Below are positions 35,626 to 43,319 of a DNA stretch of 64,000 bases, piece after piece. The notes beneath the pieces are model-generated. The model had not been told where the DNA came from, searched no databases, and worked only from the letters and a program-made list of their open reading frames with translations. Each line of letters opens with the position of its first letter. Positions within the stretch are counted from its first letter, which is position 1. Location: the NCBI GenBank assembly GCA_017883235.1, contig JADGNY010000007.1, positions 17,546 to 81,545 of the forward strand, read 5' to 3'. Both the position numbers and the translations under genes were made by a program. This DNA is from Thermoanaerobaculia bacterium (GTDB lineage: Bacteria > Acidobacteriota > Thermoanaerobaculia > Gp7-AA8).

Positions 35626-36245
35626 ATGAAAGCCACACTCCTGGCCTCAATGCTCGTCAGCGCAACGAGTTTCGCCACCTACCAACTGACCCACGCCGTC
35701 ACCGTCGATCCCTCGTTCTCTCCCGACGGCGCCCGCATGGTCTACATCGTCGTCGTCGCCGGCAAAGAGCAGCTCTTCACCGCCGATGCGGATGCCACGA
35801 AGCCGATCCAGATCACGCACGACGACTGGAACCACGAAGACCCCGCCTGGTCTCCCGACGGCCGCAAGATCGCATTCGTGTCGTTGAACCCGACGGCAAA
35901 CGCATGGCCTTCCGCCGCATCCTCGGCGAACTGAATTCCGAGGTCTTCATCGCCAACGCCGACGGCTCCGACGCGAAGAACCTGACGAACAACCCATCCT
36001 TCGACGGCTGGCCGAGCTGGTCGCCCGACGGCTCCGAGATCGCCTTCGCCTCGAACCGCCGCGCCAACTACCAGATCTTCGTGATGAAGCCCGACGGCTC
36101 CGACGTCCGCCTCGTCGCCAACACCGAAGGCCGCGCCACCGCCCCCATCTGGTCTCGCGACGGCAAGTCGATCTACTTCCCCAACTGCCGCAAAGTCGAC
36201 CTCGGCACCGACTGCCAGATCTTCGTCGCCCCCGCCCCACATTGA
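35626..36245 (+). pseudogene. PD40/TolB-like beta-propeller repeat protein with a frame break near 35878-35885
   Basis: ORFs 35626-35934 and 35904-36245 both carry SPDG...IAF PD40 repeats. Continuity (…RKIAFV / VEPDGKRMAFRRI…) needs one extra nucleotide. Confidence 0.65.
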
Positions 36246-36324
36246 CGCCCCCGCGACGTGCGGCTATCCTCTCCCCCGCCCCGGAAATAGCGAGGCAGCA
36301 CAGCTCGTTGAGACGATCCCAAAC

Positions 36325-36400
36325 AGGCGCTTAGCTCAGTCGGTAGAGCATCACCTTCACACGGTGGGGGTCAGCGGTTCGAGTCCGCTAGCGCCTACCA
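36325..36400 (+). tRNA. tRNA-Val (anticodon CAC), CCA encoded
   Basis: Hand-folded cloverleaf: acceptor AGGCGCT/AGCGCCT, D arm GCTC-AGTCGGTA-GAGC, anticodon arm TCACC-TTCACAC-GGTGG, T arm AGCGG-TTCGAGT-CCGCT. 76 nt. Confidence 0.9.
36380..36394 (+). repeat. att-like direct repeat, proximal copy (inside the tRNA-Val 3' half)
   Basis: CGAGTCCGCTAGCGC, identical to 39463-39477. Confidence 0.7.
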
Positions 36401-36538
36401 ATCTAAACCGCTCACGCCGCTCAGGTTAGCCATACCGAGCGGCGTTTCCATTTTCTGATTCGGCCCTCAAAGTGTTCGCAGATGACGCGTCGGATCGGTG
36501 CTCGCGTCAGTTTGTGTCCGGTGTGTCGGGGTAGCGAT

Positions 36539-36567
36539 TTGCGGTACTTGCGTCACTCCTGTAGTAT
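36539..36567 (+). promoter_or_regulatory. Sigma-70-like promoter candidate for the lasso precursor
   Basis: TTGCGG - 17 nt - TAGTAT, about 35 nt upstream of the GGAGG Shine-Dalgarno at 36589. Confidence 0.4.
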
Positions 36568-36602
36568 GTTGGTCAAGGTATCCCATTTGGAGGTATGCGC
36601 CC

Positions 36603-36710
36603 ATGAAGAAACAGTTGCCGGTGAAACGTGTCACGAGAATCGGCCCCGCTGTTCGACTCACGAAGAATGCACGCGGATCTCAGACCGAAGGAAGTCACGG
36701 CCGCACCTAA
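36603..36710 (+). CDS. Candidate lasso-peptide precursor (35 aa)
   Basis: MKKQLPVKRVTRIGPAVRLTKNARGSQTEGSHGRT. GGAGG lies 9 nt upstream. The leader has G-x5-T-x ending LTK. Glu is 8 residues after the predicted cleavage site. The ORF lies 38 nt upstream of the cyclase gene. Confidence 0.55.
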   Translation: MKKQLPVKRVTRIGPAVRLTKNARGSQTEGSHGRT

Positions 36711-36748
36711 GCTTCTCGATCTGATCGCTTCATCCCCAGAAGGCTGCC

Positions 36749-38461
36749 ATGCGGCTGCTCGCGCAGATAACCGCAACCGATGAAACGCTTACAATCAGTG
36801 CGGCCGGTGATGGTGTGGTCGCCACACCGACGCCTACGGGCTGGATCATGGGTAGGTGCCCGGTTGATAGCGATGCGCTCGTACGTGATGCGGCATCTCA
36901 CCTTGACCGTGTGGGACCGATCATTTGTTATGACGCCGGGCCTGTGCAGCACCTTCAGTTCTTTGCTCACCCCCTGGGTCGTGGCACGTTCTTCTTCGCG
37001 CGAAATGGCACCTCGACTTTCATCGCGACCGATTTGGCTGATCTAGTTGCGCTCACACGCCGCACAAGGCTCGATGAGCGCATAGTGGCGAACTACTTCG
37101 CGTCGCGCCGTCGAACACCCTGTGACACGAGTACGTTCTTGGTCGGCATTGAACAAGTACCGCCCGCTCACGTACTGCGCATCACCACTCAATTGCAACA
37201 AATTACGTCGTACTGGTGCCCCACCGACGATCCTGAGTATGAATGCCTTACTCGGCCTGATGCTGTCAGGCGATTGCGTGATGCGATTAATGATGAACTT
37301 CAGGTTGGCACGAAGAGTCGCGCTACCGCGGTCTTGGTCAGTGGTGGGATCGATTCCGGTGTCGTTGCAAGCATGACGTGCGCGGTCAAGCCCGATGTGT
37401 CACTTGTCTGCATTCGAGGGCCCGTGGTGGCGAGCGAGGAGATTGCTTTGCAGGACGCCTTGGTAGCGCACCTAGGTCGGCCGGCAATCATGTACGAGGC
37501 AACGCCTCGCCTTTTGCTACGTGCACTGCGTGAGCGGAATCGTAATGCGCCCGCACCTTCTGGCGGTCTGTTTACGGGGCTCTATGCCGATCTGTTGGCG
37601 ATGTTAGCAACCAACGGCATTGATGTGGTGGTTGGTGGCGAGGGTGGCGATGAGCTGTTCAATCCGCATCCGGATATCGTCGCTGATCTTTTGCAGCACC
37701 ATCAATATGCCGCGGCGTTTGAGGCGGTGAGTTGGTATGCGTCGCTTCGCTCAGAACGCACCGGTTGGCGCGTGTATCGTGAGTATGGGCATGATGCGCT
37801 TCGTTCGGCGCCAGTAAGGCGAAGTGATGAGGATCGCTTGTTCCTTCGGCGGCTCCTGGGTGACTTTGCGGCGAATGTGGAAGCGACGTTTGTGTCATAT
37901 CGTCGCGACCGTGATGGCGTCCGTGGACTGGTGTCACGTCATGCCTTTGAGGCATTGCGCGATCTGTGCGAGATTCCGTTCTATGAGGCGTGGGCACCGC
38001 CTGGAGTCGCTGCCGTTCTGAATCCGCTCGGGAGTGTTGGTGTCGTTCGCGCCGCGATGTCGTTGCGCCTGGAGGATCGGGTCAAGGCTGGCGCGGGTGC
38101 TTGCTCGAAGTTACTTCTTCGTGATGCTGGGATTGGTGTTGTTCCGAGAGATGTGCGTGAGGCACCAAAGATTGGGATTGGCAATCTGTTGTGGCAGATG
38201 ACGAGTGGGCAAGCGCTGGAGCTGGTGGACGTCTTAAGCACAGCGGTTTTGCGTGACGTCGGGATCCGGTCAGACCCCGTGTTTATCGATCCGCGCAATG
38301 TCCCTGGAAGCGTGAGCTTGTATTGGTCGCTGCTTCTTGTCCTAACGTTGTGGTATCGGGAGGTTCAGGAATGGTTAACTCAGCCGCTTCCTACGATGAT
38401 GCCGATCTCTTCTATGTTGCAACCCGTGTCAGCGTTCTCGACGACCACAGTGGTGATGTGA
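36749..38461 (+). CDS. Lasso-peptide cyclase (asparagine-synthetase-like lactam synthetase, C protein)
   Basis: 570 aa. Has the LVSGGIDSGVVAS PP-loop. Lacks the N-terminal Cys nucleophile (starts MRLLAQ). Assignment uses its context with the B protein. Confidence 0.8.
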   Translation: MRLLAQITATDETLTISAAGDGVVATPTPTGWIMGRCPVDSDALVRDAASHLDRVGPIICYDAGPVQHLQFFAHPLGRGTFFFARNGTSTFIATDLADLVALTRRTRLDERIVANYFASRRRTPCDTSTFLVGIEQVPPAHVLRITTQLQQITSYWCPTDDPEYECLTRPDAVRRLRDAINDELQVGTKSRATAVLVSGGIDSGVVASMTCAVKPDVSLVCIRGPVVASEEIALQDALVAHLGRPAIMYEATPRLLLRALRERNRNAPAPSGGLFTGLYADLLAMLATNGIDVVVGGEGGDELFNPHPDIVADLLQHHQYAAAFEAVSWYASLRSERTGWRVYREYGHDALRSAPVRRSDEDRLFLRRLLGDFAANVEATFVSYRRDRDGVRGLVSRHAFEALRDLCEIPFYEAWAPPGVAAVLNPLGSVGVVRAAMSLRLEDRVKAGAGACSKLLLRDAGIGVVPRDVREAPKIGIGNLLWQMTSGQALELVDVLSTAVLRDVGIRSDPVFIDPRNVPGSVSLYWSLLLVLTLWYREVQEWLTQPLPTMMPISSMLQPVSAFSTTTVVM

Positions 38462-39054
38462 TTCTGCTCGACGAATGTCGTGGTGAGTATTGGAGGCTCG
38501 CGTCGTCGACGTATGCACTTCTAGAACTGCTGCAGCGTTCTCCTCTCTGCTTTGGTGAGATTGCCGGTCTGGAGCTCGTTTGCGATGACCTCGTGTTGCT
38601 GATCAATGCTGGTCTGGTGTCGCGGCGTCGGGCATTTGCCCGGCCACGGTTGGTTGCTGTTGCTGGTTACGCGGTGTTGCATCTTTGGTTTCAATTTCGG
38701 CTGCGCGTATTCGGTTGGCGCGTTGTTGAGGCTGAGAGGCGGCTTTCGGTACGGCGTGTGGCGTTCGCGCCTCACATCATGGTGATATCGGAGGCGCTGT
38801 TGAGTGCTGCGCGGTTTGCGATGCTTGTACCGTTTGTGCGTGCGGATTGCTTACCTCGTGCCTTGTCGTTCCATCGGCTGCTTCGGTTTCGCGGTCATGA
38901 GGCGGTTCTCCGCATAGGCGCAGTATCATCTGACTTTGAGCCACACATTTGGGTAGAGGTGGGTGATGAGCGCATTGATTCTGGTGCTGACGATCAGGCG
39001 CTGCGATGGTTTCGTCCTCTTGAGCACACCATAACAACAACTGGTGATCCTTGA
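38371..39054 (+). CDS. Lasso-peptide B protein: PqqD/RRE-like N-domain fused to a transglutaminase-like leader peptidase
   Basis: Start chosen at MVNSAASYDD (GGGAGG 7 nt upstream). The C-terminal half has ADCLPRALSFHRLL...EPHIWVEV...D, matching the Cys-His-Asp pattern of McjB-type proteases. Confidence 0.8.
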   Translation: MVNSAASYDDADLFYVATRVSVLDDHSGDVILLDECRGEYWRLASSTYALLELLQRSPLCFGEIAGLELVCDDLVLLINAGLVSRRRAFARPRLVAVAGYAVLHLWFQFRLRVFGWRVVEAERRLSVRRVAFAPHIMVISEALLSAARFAMLVPFVRADCLPRALSFHRLLRFRGHEAVLRIGAVSSDFEPHIWVEVGDERIDSGADDQALRWFRPLEHTITTTGDP

Positions 39055-39103
39055 TCGCAAGAATCCGAAATTCTAACGACCTGGGAACGCCAGCTCCAGC
39101 AAT

Positions 39104-39298
39104 CTATGCAAGAGCGCGGATGACGGCCTCCAACGCTTCGGTCCTCGCTCGCGCGTAGCGCTCAGTCGTCCTGGTGCTGGTGTGACCGAGCAGGTCGCGC
39201 AGCGTGAAGCTGTTAATGCCTTTGCTTGCGGAGGTGCTTGCGAAGGTGTAGCGTTGGTCGTGGAAGCGCGGCACTCGACACCTGCTGCAAGCGCACGG
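39104..39298 (-). pseudogene. Tyrosine recombinase (phage integrase) C-terminal remnant
   Basis: Translates to ...RVPRFHDQRYTFASTSASKGINSFTLRDLLGHTSTRTTERYARARTEALEAVIRALA*. It has no start codon and an upstream in-frame TAA. Confidence 0.7.
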
Positions 39299-39319
39299 TT
39301 ACGCTGAAGCCACGGTGTC

Positions 39320-39379
39320 AGACCTTCGTTTTTCGTAGCCTCGCAACAGATTGAGAAAGCATGCACTTACGGACGATCC
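39320..39379. repeat. 60-bp direct repeat, copy 1
   Basis: AGACCTTCGTTTTTCG..CTCGCAAC..ATTGAGAAA.CATGCACTTACGGACGA.CC. Roughly 85 percent identical to 41011-41070 by hand alignment. Confidence 0.75.
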
Positions 39380-39462
39380 CAAAGTGATACCTGAGCGACG
39401 TTCGGTTATTCGCATTTACGAAACGTCTCAGAACGAAGCCCTGGCCCCGCCACATCTTCCCA

Positions 39463-39477
39463 CGAGTCCGCTAGCGC
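39463..39477 (+). repeat. att-like direct repeat, distal copy
   Basis: CGAGTCCGCTAGCGC, identical to tRNA-Val positions 36380-36394. Confidence 0.7.
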
Positions 39478-39738
39478 GACGACGCGGTGTCGGTGTGCTG
39501 GACGCAATGCTAGGGAGGTAGGTGACACGCCCTACTATGGCGCGCATTTCCTCGTCGAGCTCTTGCAGGTACCGGCTGATCTGGGTCTGTAAGACCCTTC
39601 CATACCTGACGAGTTGTGGTAGGGCGTACTGCGCTTGTCCTGGTATGAGGCGTGGTGTGATGGGCATAGGAGTGTCTCCTTGAAGGGAGAGTGTGCCGCA
39701 GGAGCGGGAGTCTGTCGCGTATGGACCGGCTCTTGGGT

Positions 39739-40830
39739 TTAGGGCGTGCCCGGGTCTTTCTTGGCGTCCTTCTTCGGGTCGTCGGCTTTCGGCTTGTCCG
39801 CCGATGGTGGTGGCGTGGCGATTTGGTCGACGTGGTACTGGTAGGGTTTCGTGAAGCGATCATCGAGGTAGAGGGGCGTAAGGGGGCCGTCGCCCGGGAG
39901 CGGGCCGCAGGGACTGCGGTGCTGCTCGGTGATGGCGGTGAGGGTGTGTTGGACGAAACGCGTCTCAATGGCGAGCGTGATGCTCTCCGGTAGGTTGGTG
40001 GACGTCGTCTTTGTTGGTTTGAAGTCGTTGAGTTGGAAGCGGTCGAACTCTGCGGCGGCCGCGGTCGGCGTCGCAGCTGGCGTTGCTGTGCTGGTGAGCC
40101 CAAGTGCTTTGCTGAGGACGGCGCTGATGGGGAGGACGTTGAGGATTGCTTGTGCTGTTTGGTTGTCGGCGGTTGCTGTCCCATTGGTGAGGCTGCCGTC
40201 TTTGTCGAGGCTGGCGTTGGCGGTGCTGCTGCCAAGCCACGGCATACGGGTGTTGAAGTAGTACGGTTTGGTGTAGTCGGTGAAGAAGTCACTTGTGCGG
40301 GTGTTGCTGGCAAGGACGACGTTGCGCTGCTCGACGTCGGTGACGATGAGGCTCTTCGTGACGTTGATCCCTGTCCAGGCCTCGTTGATGGCCTTGAGTT
40401 TCGTCGAGTCCATTGTGGGTTGTGCGTCTGTGGGTTGTGCATCGGCTAGCGCTTTTTGGAGGTTGTCGAGTAGTTGGAGTGACTTGATCGCTGGGCACTT
40501 CGAGGGATCTTCGGGAGTAGAGCATGGGTCGGACAGCTCTGAGCGGCGGGCAATCTTTGTTTGCTTGATGGTTTTGGTCGTTGGTGCTGGAGTGCCTGCT
40601 TTGGTTGTTGGTTGTTGTTCGCGGTACGTGTCTTCGCGGGTGAGTGCGTAGAGTGGTTCGAGCCAGATAGTGTCTTGTCTGCAGACGGCGCGTTTGGGGT
40701 AGAACGGGATACCGTCGAGGTGGGTGTTGTCGGCGATAGGGTTCGTGTTGCCGGTGGTGATACGTGCGGTGCCGAGGCACGCGGTGGTGAGGAGCGTGAG
40801 GAGGAGGACTGCGGGTGTGTACGTGCGCAT
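39739..40830 (-). CDS. Hypothetical lipoprotein (Thr/Pro-rich)
   Basis: Start at MRTYTPAVLLLTLLTTAC (lipobox), with AGGAGAA upstream. G+C looks lower by eye. No recognisable family. Confidence 0.55.
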   Translation of the reverse strand: MRTYTPAVLLLTLLTTACLGTARITTGNTNPIADNTHLDGIPFYPKRAVCRQDTIWLEPLYALTREDTYREQQPTTKAGTPAPTTKTIKQTKIARRSELSDPCSTPEDPSKCPAIKSLQLLDNLQKALADAQPTDAQPTMDSTKLKAINEAWTGINVTKSLIVTDVEQRNVVLASNTRTSDFFTDYTKPYYFNTRMPWLGSSTANASLDKDGSLTNGTATADNQTAQAILNVLPISAVLSKALGLTSTATPAATPTAAAAEFDRFQLNDFKPTKTTSTNLPESITLAIETRFVQHTLTAITEQHRSPCGPLPGDGPLTPLYLDDRFTKPYQYHVDQIATPPPSADKPKADDPKKDAKKDPGTP

Positions 40831-41010
40831 TGGGTTCTCCTGCATGAGGTAATTGCGTTGCTGTAGTTCTTCAGCGAGTGCTGTCATTCTTGTTGGACGG
40901 ACGAGGTGGGGGTATTTCGCGGGGCCGATGGAATTGGTCTCTCAAGGAACGGATGAGTGAGTGTCCCCCGCGGGGCGATTGACTCGCGGCCTGGGGATCA
41001 CACTGGGGGG

Positions 41011-41070
41011 AGACCTTCGTTTTTCGGCGGCTCGCAACCAATTGAGAAAACATGCACTTACGGACGAGCC
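41011..41070. repeat. 60-bp direct repeat, copy 2
   Basis: See 39320-39379. Lies 30 bp upstream of the truncated LLM gene fragment. Confidence 0.75.
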
Positions 41071-41101
41071 AAAAAGGGCACCAGCGGCGTTGTGTGATTC
41101 G

Positions 41102-41518
41102 ATGCGTGCCTACCGCACCGGCTTCTCCACGAACGGCGTACTCGACAAACCGCACGCCATCCTCGCGCTCTCGGTCTACTGCGCCGACACGGAGCAGGCA
41201 GCGCAGCGACTGGCCTCATCCGTGCTGCTCTCGTTTGTCCAGCTCCGGACCGGACGCCCAGGCCGGATGCCGAGCCCGGACGATGCGATGGCCCACGTCT
41301 TCACGCCCGAGGAGCAGCCGCTCGTCGCGTCTTACAGGAGACTGCAGATCGTCGGCACGCCCGACCAGGTCCGCGCTCGCATCGAGGAGATCGCCACGCG
41401 GACGCGGGCTGACGAGGTGATGATCGCCACCCACGCCTACGACCCGGCGGCGCGCGTTCGATCGTACGAGCTGGTGGCACAGGCCTTCGGCCTGCCGGAG
41501 ACATCGATGACGGCTTGA
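41102..41518 (+). pseudogene. 3' fragment of an LLM-class (luciferase-like) oxidoreductase gene
   Basis: The 138 codons are collinear with the C-terminus of the intact gene at 51991-53016 (constant offset 11498 nt, 4 aa differences). The 5' two-thirds are missing. Confidence 0.85.
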
Positions 41519-41552
41519 CTGCAGCCGGCTAGATGTGACCCCAACTTGCTCG

Positions 41553-43310
41553 CTACTGAATGCCAACCTTGTCATAGGCAGCATCGATCGCGTCGATCTT
41601 CTGCTGCGCGACGTGAAGGTCCCCACCCCAGATCGTCTTGGCGATGCTCTTCATCGTCGCGCGCGTGTCCAGGAAGGTCGCGAAGACAGAGAGGCGCGTC
41701 AACGTGTAGTAATACAACTGCGCGACATCCGTGACGCTGAACGCGCGCGCGCCGTTTGCGTCGGTCGCGGTGAGGATATTGTACGCGGCCTTGTTGTGAA
41801 TATTGCTGTTCGTATGCACGCCGCCCGCGTCGTCATTCGCACTCTTATTGACGTACTTGGACTTGTGATCCGGGTCGCCCGTTCGAGTAGGATCGCTGAA
41901 ATCGCGAAGCGGACCGCCGCCCGCGGCGAGAGTCGTGCCGATCTCCCACGACCACGTCGATAGGTCATTCGGATCGCGACCCTGCGCCTTCGCGTTCGTG
42001 TAATTCGCGATGATCACGCCGAAGATATCGCTGAAGGACTCGTTTAGAGCCCCCGACTCGAAAATGTATTTCAGCCCCGCGGTTGACTCAGTGAGGCCGT
42101 GCGTCAGCTCGTGCGCGATGACGTCGAGGTAGCGTGAAAGGCTGTGCGGCGTTCCGGCCGTGTCGAACAGTTGGCCGTATAGCATCTGTTTGCGAAACCA
42201 GACCGCGTTGCGCCAGTTCGCGGGCGCGCCCGCCGGCAGCCTATAGGTACAGTTGACGATGGAAATGAGCTCCATCCGGTTGCCGTCGACGCCGTTCCGC
42301 TTGAGGACGTCATTGTAAAAATCGAAGACGCGGGTCGCGTTCACGTGTGCGGAGACGGCCGCGGTATTGGCGTTGGCAAAGTCCGCGGCGGCGTTCGACA
42401 CGAGCGTGCCCGGCGCCGTCGGCGCATTGATGTCGTCGAATTTGAGGTCGAACGTACGGAGCATTCGGACCGGGTCGCGCATTTCGAAGACGCCGCCGTT
42501 GATCAGGCCGTCGAAGGTCTGGTGAGCACTAAGCTCGTCGATCCCTTCACAGTGCGTCGGCAGATCGAACCAGGGCGTTGCGCTGTAGTAGAGGACGATC
42601 TCTCCGGAATGCGCGTCGACGAGGTACGTCATGTCGAGGAGCAGCATCCGTGGAGAGGGATCGAGGCCGTGTCCGCGCGCAGTCTCCGCCGACTGACGAA
42701 GCGCGTCCGGAGCGGCGCCGATATGCTCGAATTCGTAGACGAGGTGCCATACGTCGTCGTGGTCGTGGAAGTAACAGATCGTCGGCGCCGGCACTCCCGC
42801 CAGGCTGGTCGGTTGGACAGCGCACAACGCCGCGATCCTGTCGCGAGCATCCGCGGGGCTCAGCGTCGCAACCGCGTCAACGTTTGGCATCTCGGCGACG
42901 TGCGCGTCGATCGAGATGAGCTCGCGCTCCTGAGTCAGCTCGACGCTCGCCTTCCCGCCGAGGATCGGGACGTTGTTCGCGGACTGCTCGAAATGGATGA
43001 CGCGCGTATTCATCAGCGGCGACTCCTGGACGGTTGCCGCGCGCAGGTCCGGCATCACTTCCGGCTGCTCGGGAGCCGTCGCCGCGGCGAGCGCCGGAAA
43101 CTCGTCCTGGCCGGACCACAGCGTGTCCATGTAGTGCCGCGCCGCAGCTTCGTCGGTGTGAAACGTAATCGACGGCGCCTCGGGTGCGACCGCCGCCAGC
43201 GTAGCTTCCTCAACGGTCATGCCACTCGCGAGTGCGCCGAGGGCGATCGGCCCCACTGACTGCATGGCCTGGTCGATTGCGTGGAAGTGATAGCGCGTGA
43301 AACCCGGCAT
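41553..43310 (-). CDS. M4 (thermolysin-like) metallopeptidase without a recognisable signal peptide
   Basis: VIAHELTHGLTE (HExxH) and GALNESFSDIFG (third zinc ligand). Has a pro-region-like N-terminus. Confidence 0.85.
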   Translation of the reverse strand: MPGFTRYHFHAIDQAMQSVGPIALGALASGMTVEEATLAAVAPEAPSITFHTDEAAARHYMDTLWSGQDEFPALAAATAPEQPEVMPDLRAATVQESPLMNTRVIHFEQSANNVPILGGKASVELTQERELISIDAHVAEMPNVDAVATLSPADARDRIAALCAVQPTSLAGVPAPTICYFHDHDDVWHLVYEFEHIGAAPDALRQSAETARGHGLDPSPRMLLLDMTYLVDAHSGEIVLYYSATPWFDLPTHCEGIDELSAHQTFDGLINGGVFEMRDPVRMLRTFDLKFDDINAPTAPGTLVSNAAADFANANTAAVSAHVNATRVFDFYNDVLKRNGVDGNRMELISIVNCTYRLPAGAPANWRNAVWFRKQMLYGQLFDTAGTPHSLSRYLDVIAHELTHGLTESTAGLKYIFESGALNESFSDIFGVIIANYTNAKAQGRDPNDLSTWSWEIGTTLAAGGGPLRDFSDPTRTGDPDHKSKYVNKSANDDAGGVHTNSNIHNKAAYNILTATDANGARAFSVTDVAQLYYYTLTRLSVFATFLDTRATMKSIAKTIWGGDLHVAQQKIDAIDAAYDKVGIQ

Positions 43311-43319
43311 GATCCACTC

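Larger units (their letters stand above)
36395..39477. mobile_element. tRNA-Val-associated genomic islet (decayed) carrying the lasso-peptide cluster
   Basis: Bounded by an exact 15-bp direct repeat of the tRNA 3' end. G+C looks lower by eye. An integrase remnant sits at the distal end. Confidence 0.65.

Noticed and set aside
35870-35910. A programmed ribosomal frameshift in the PD40 gene.
   Set aside because: There is no slippery heptamer or downstream structure at the break. A sequencing error or a plain pseudogene is more parsimonious.
39428-39667. A 79-aa ORF downstream of the lipoprotein gene as a real gene.
   Set aside because: It has no motif and no Shine-Dalgarno, and it spans the att-like repeat at 39463-39477. 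It is kept only as a doubtful mention.
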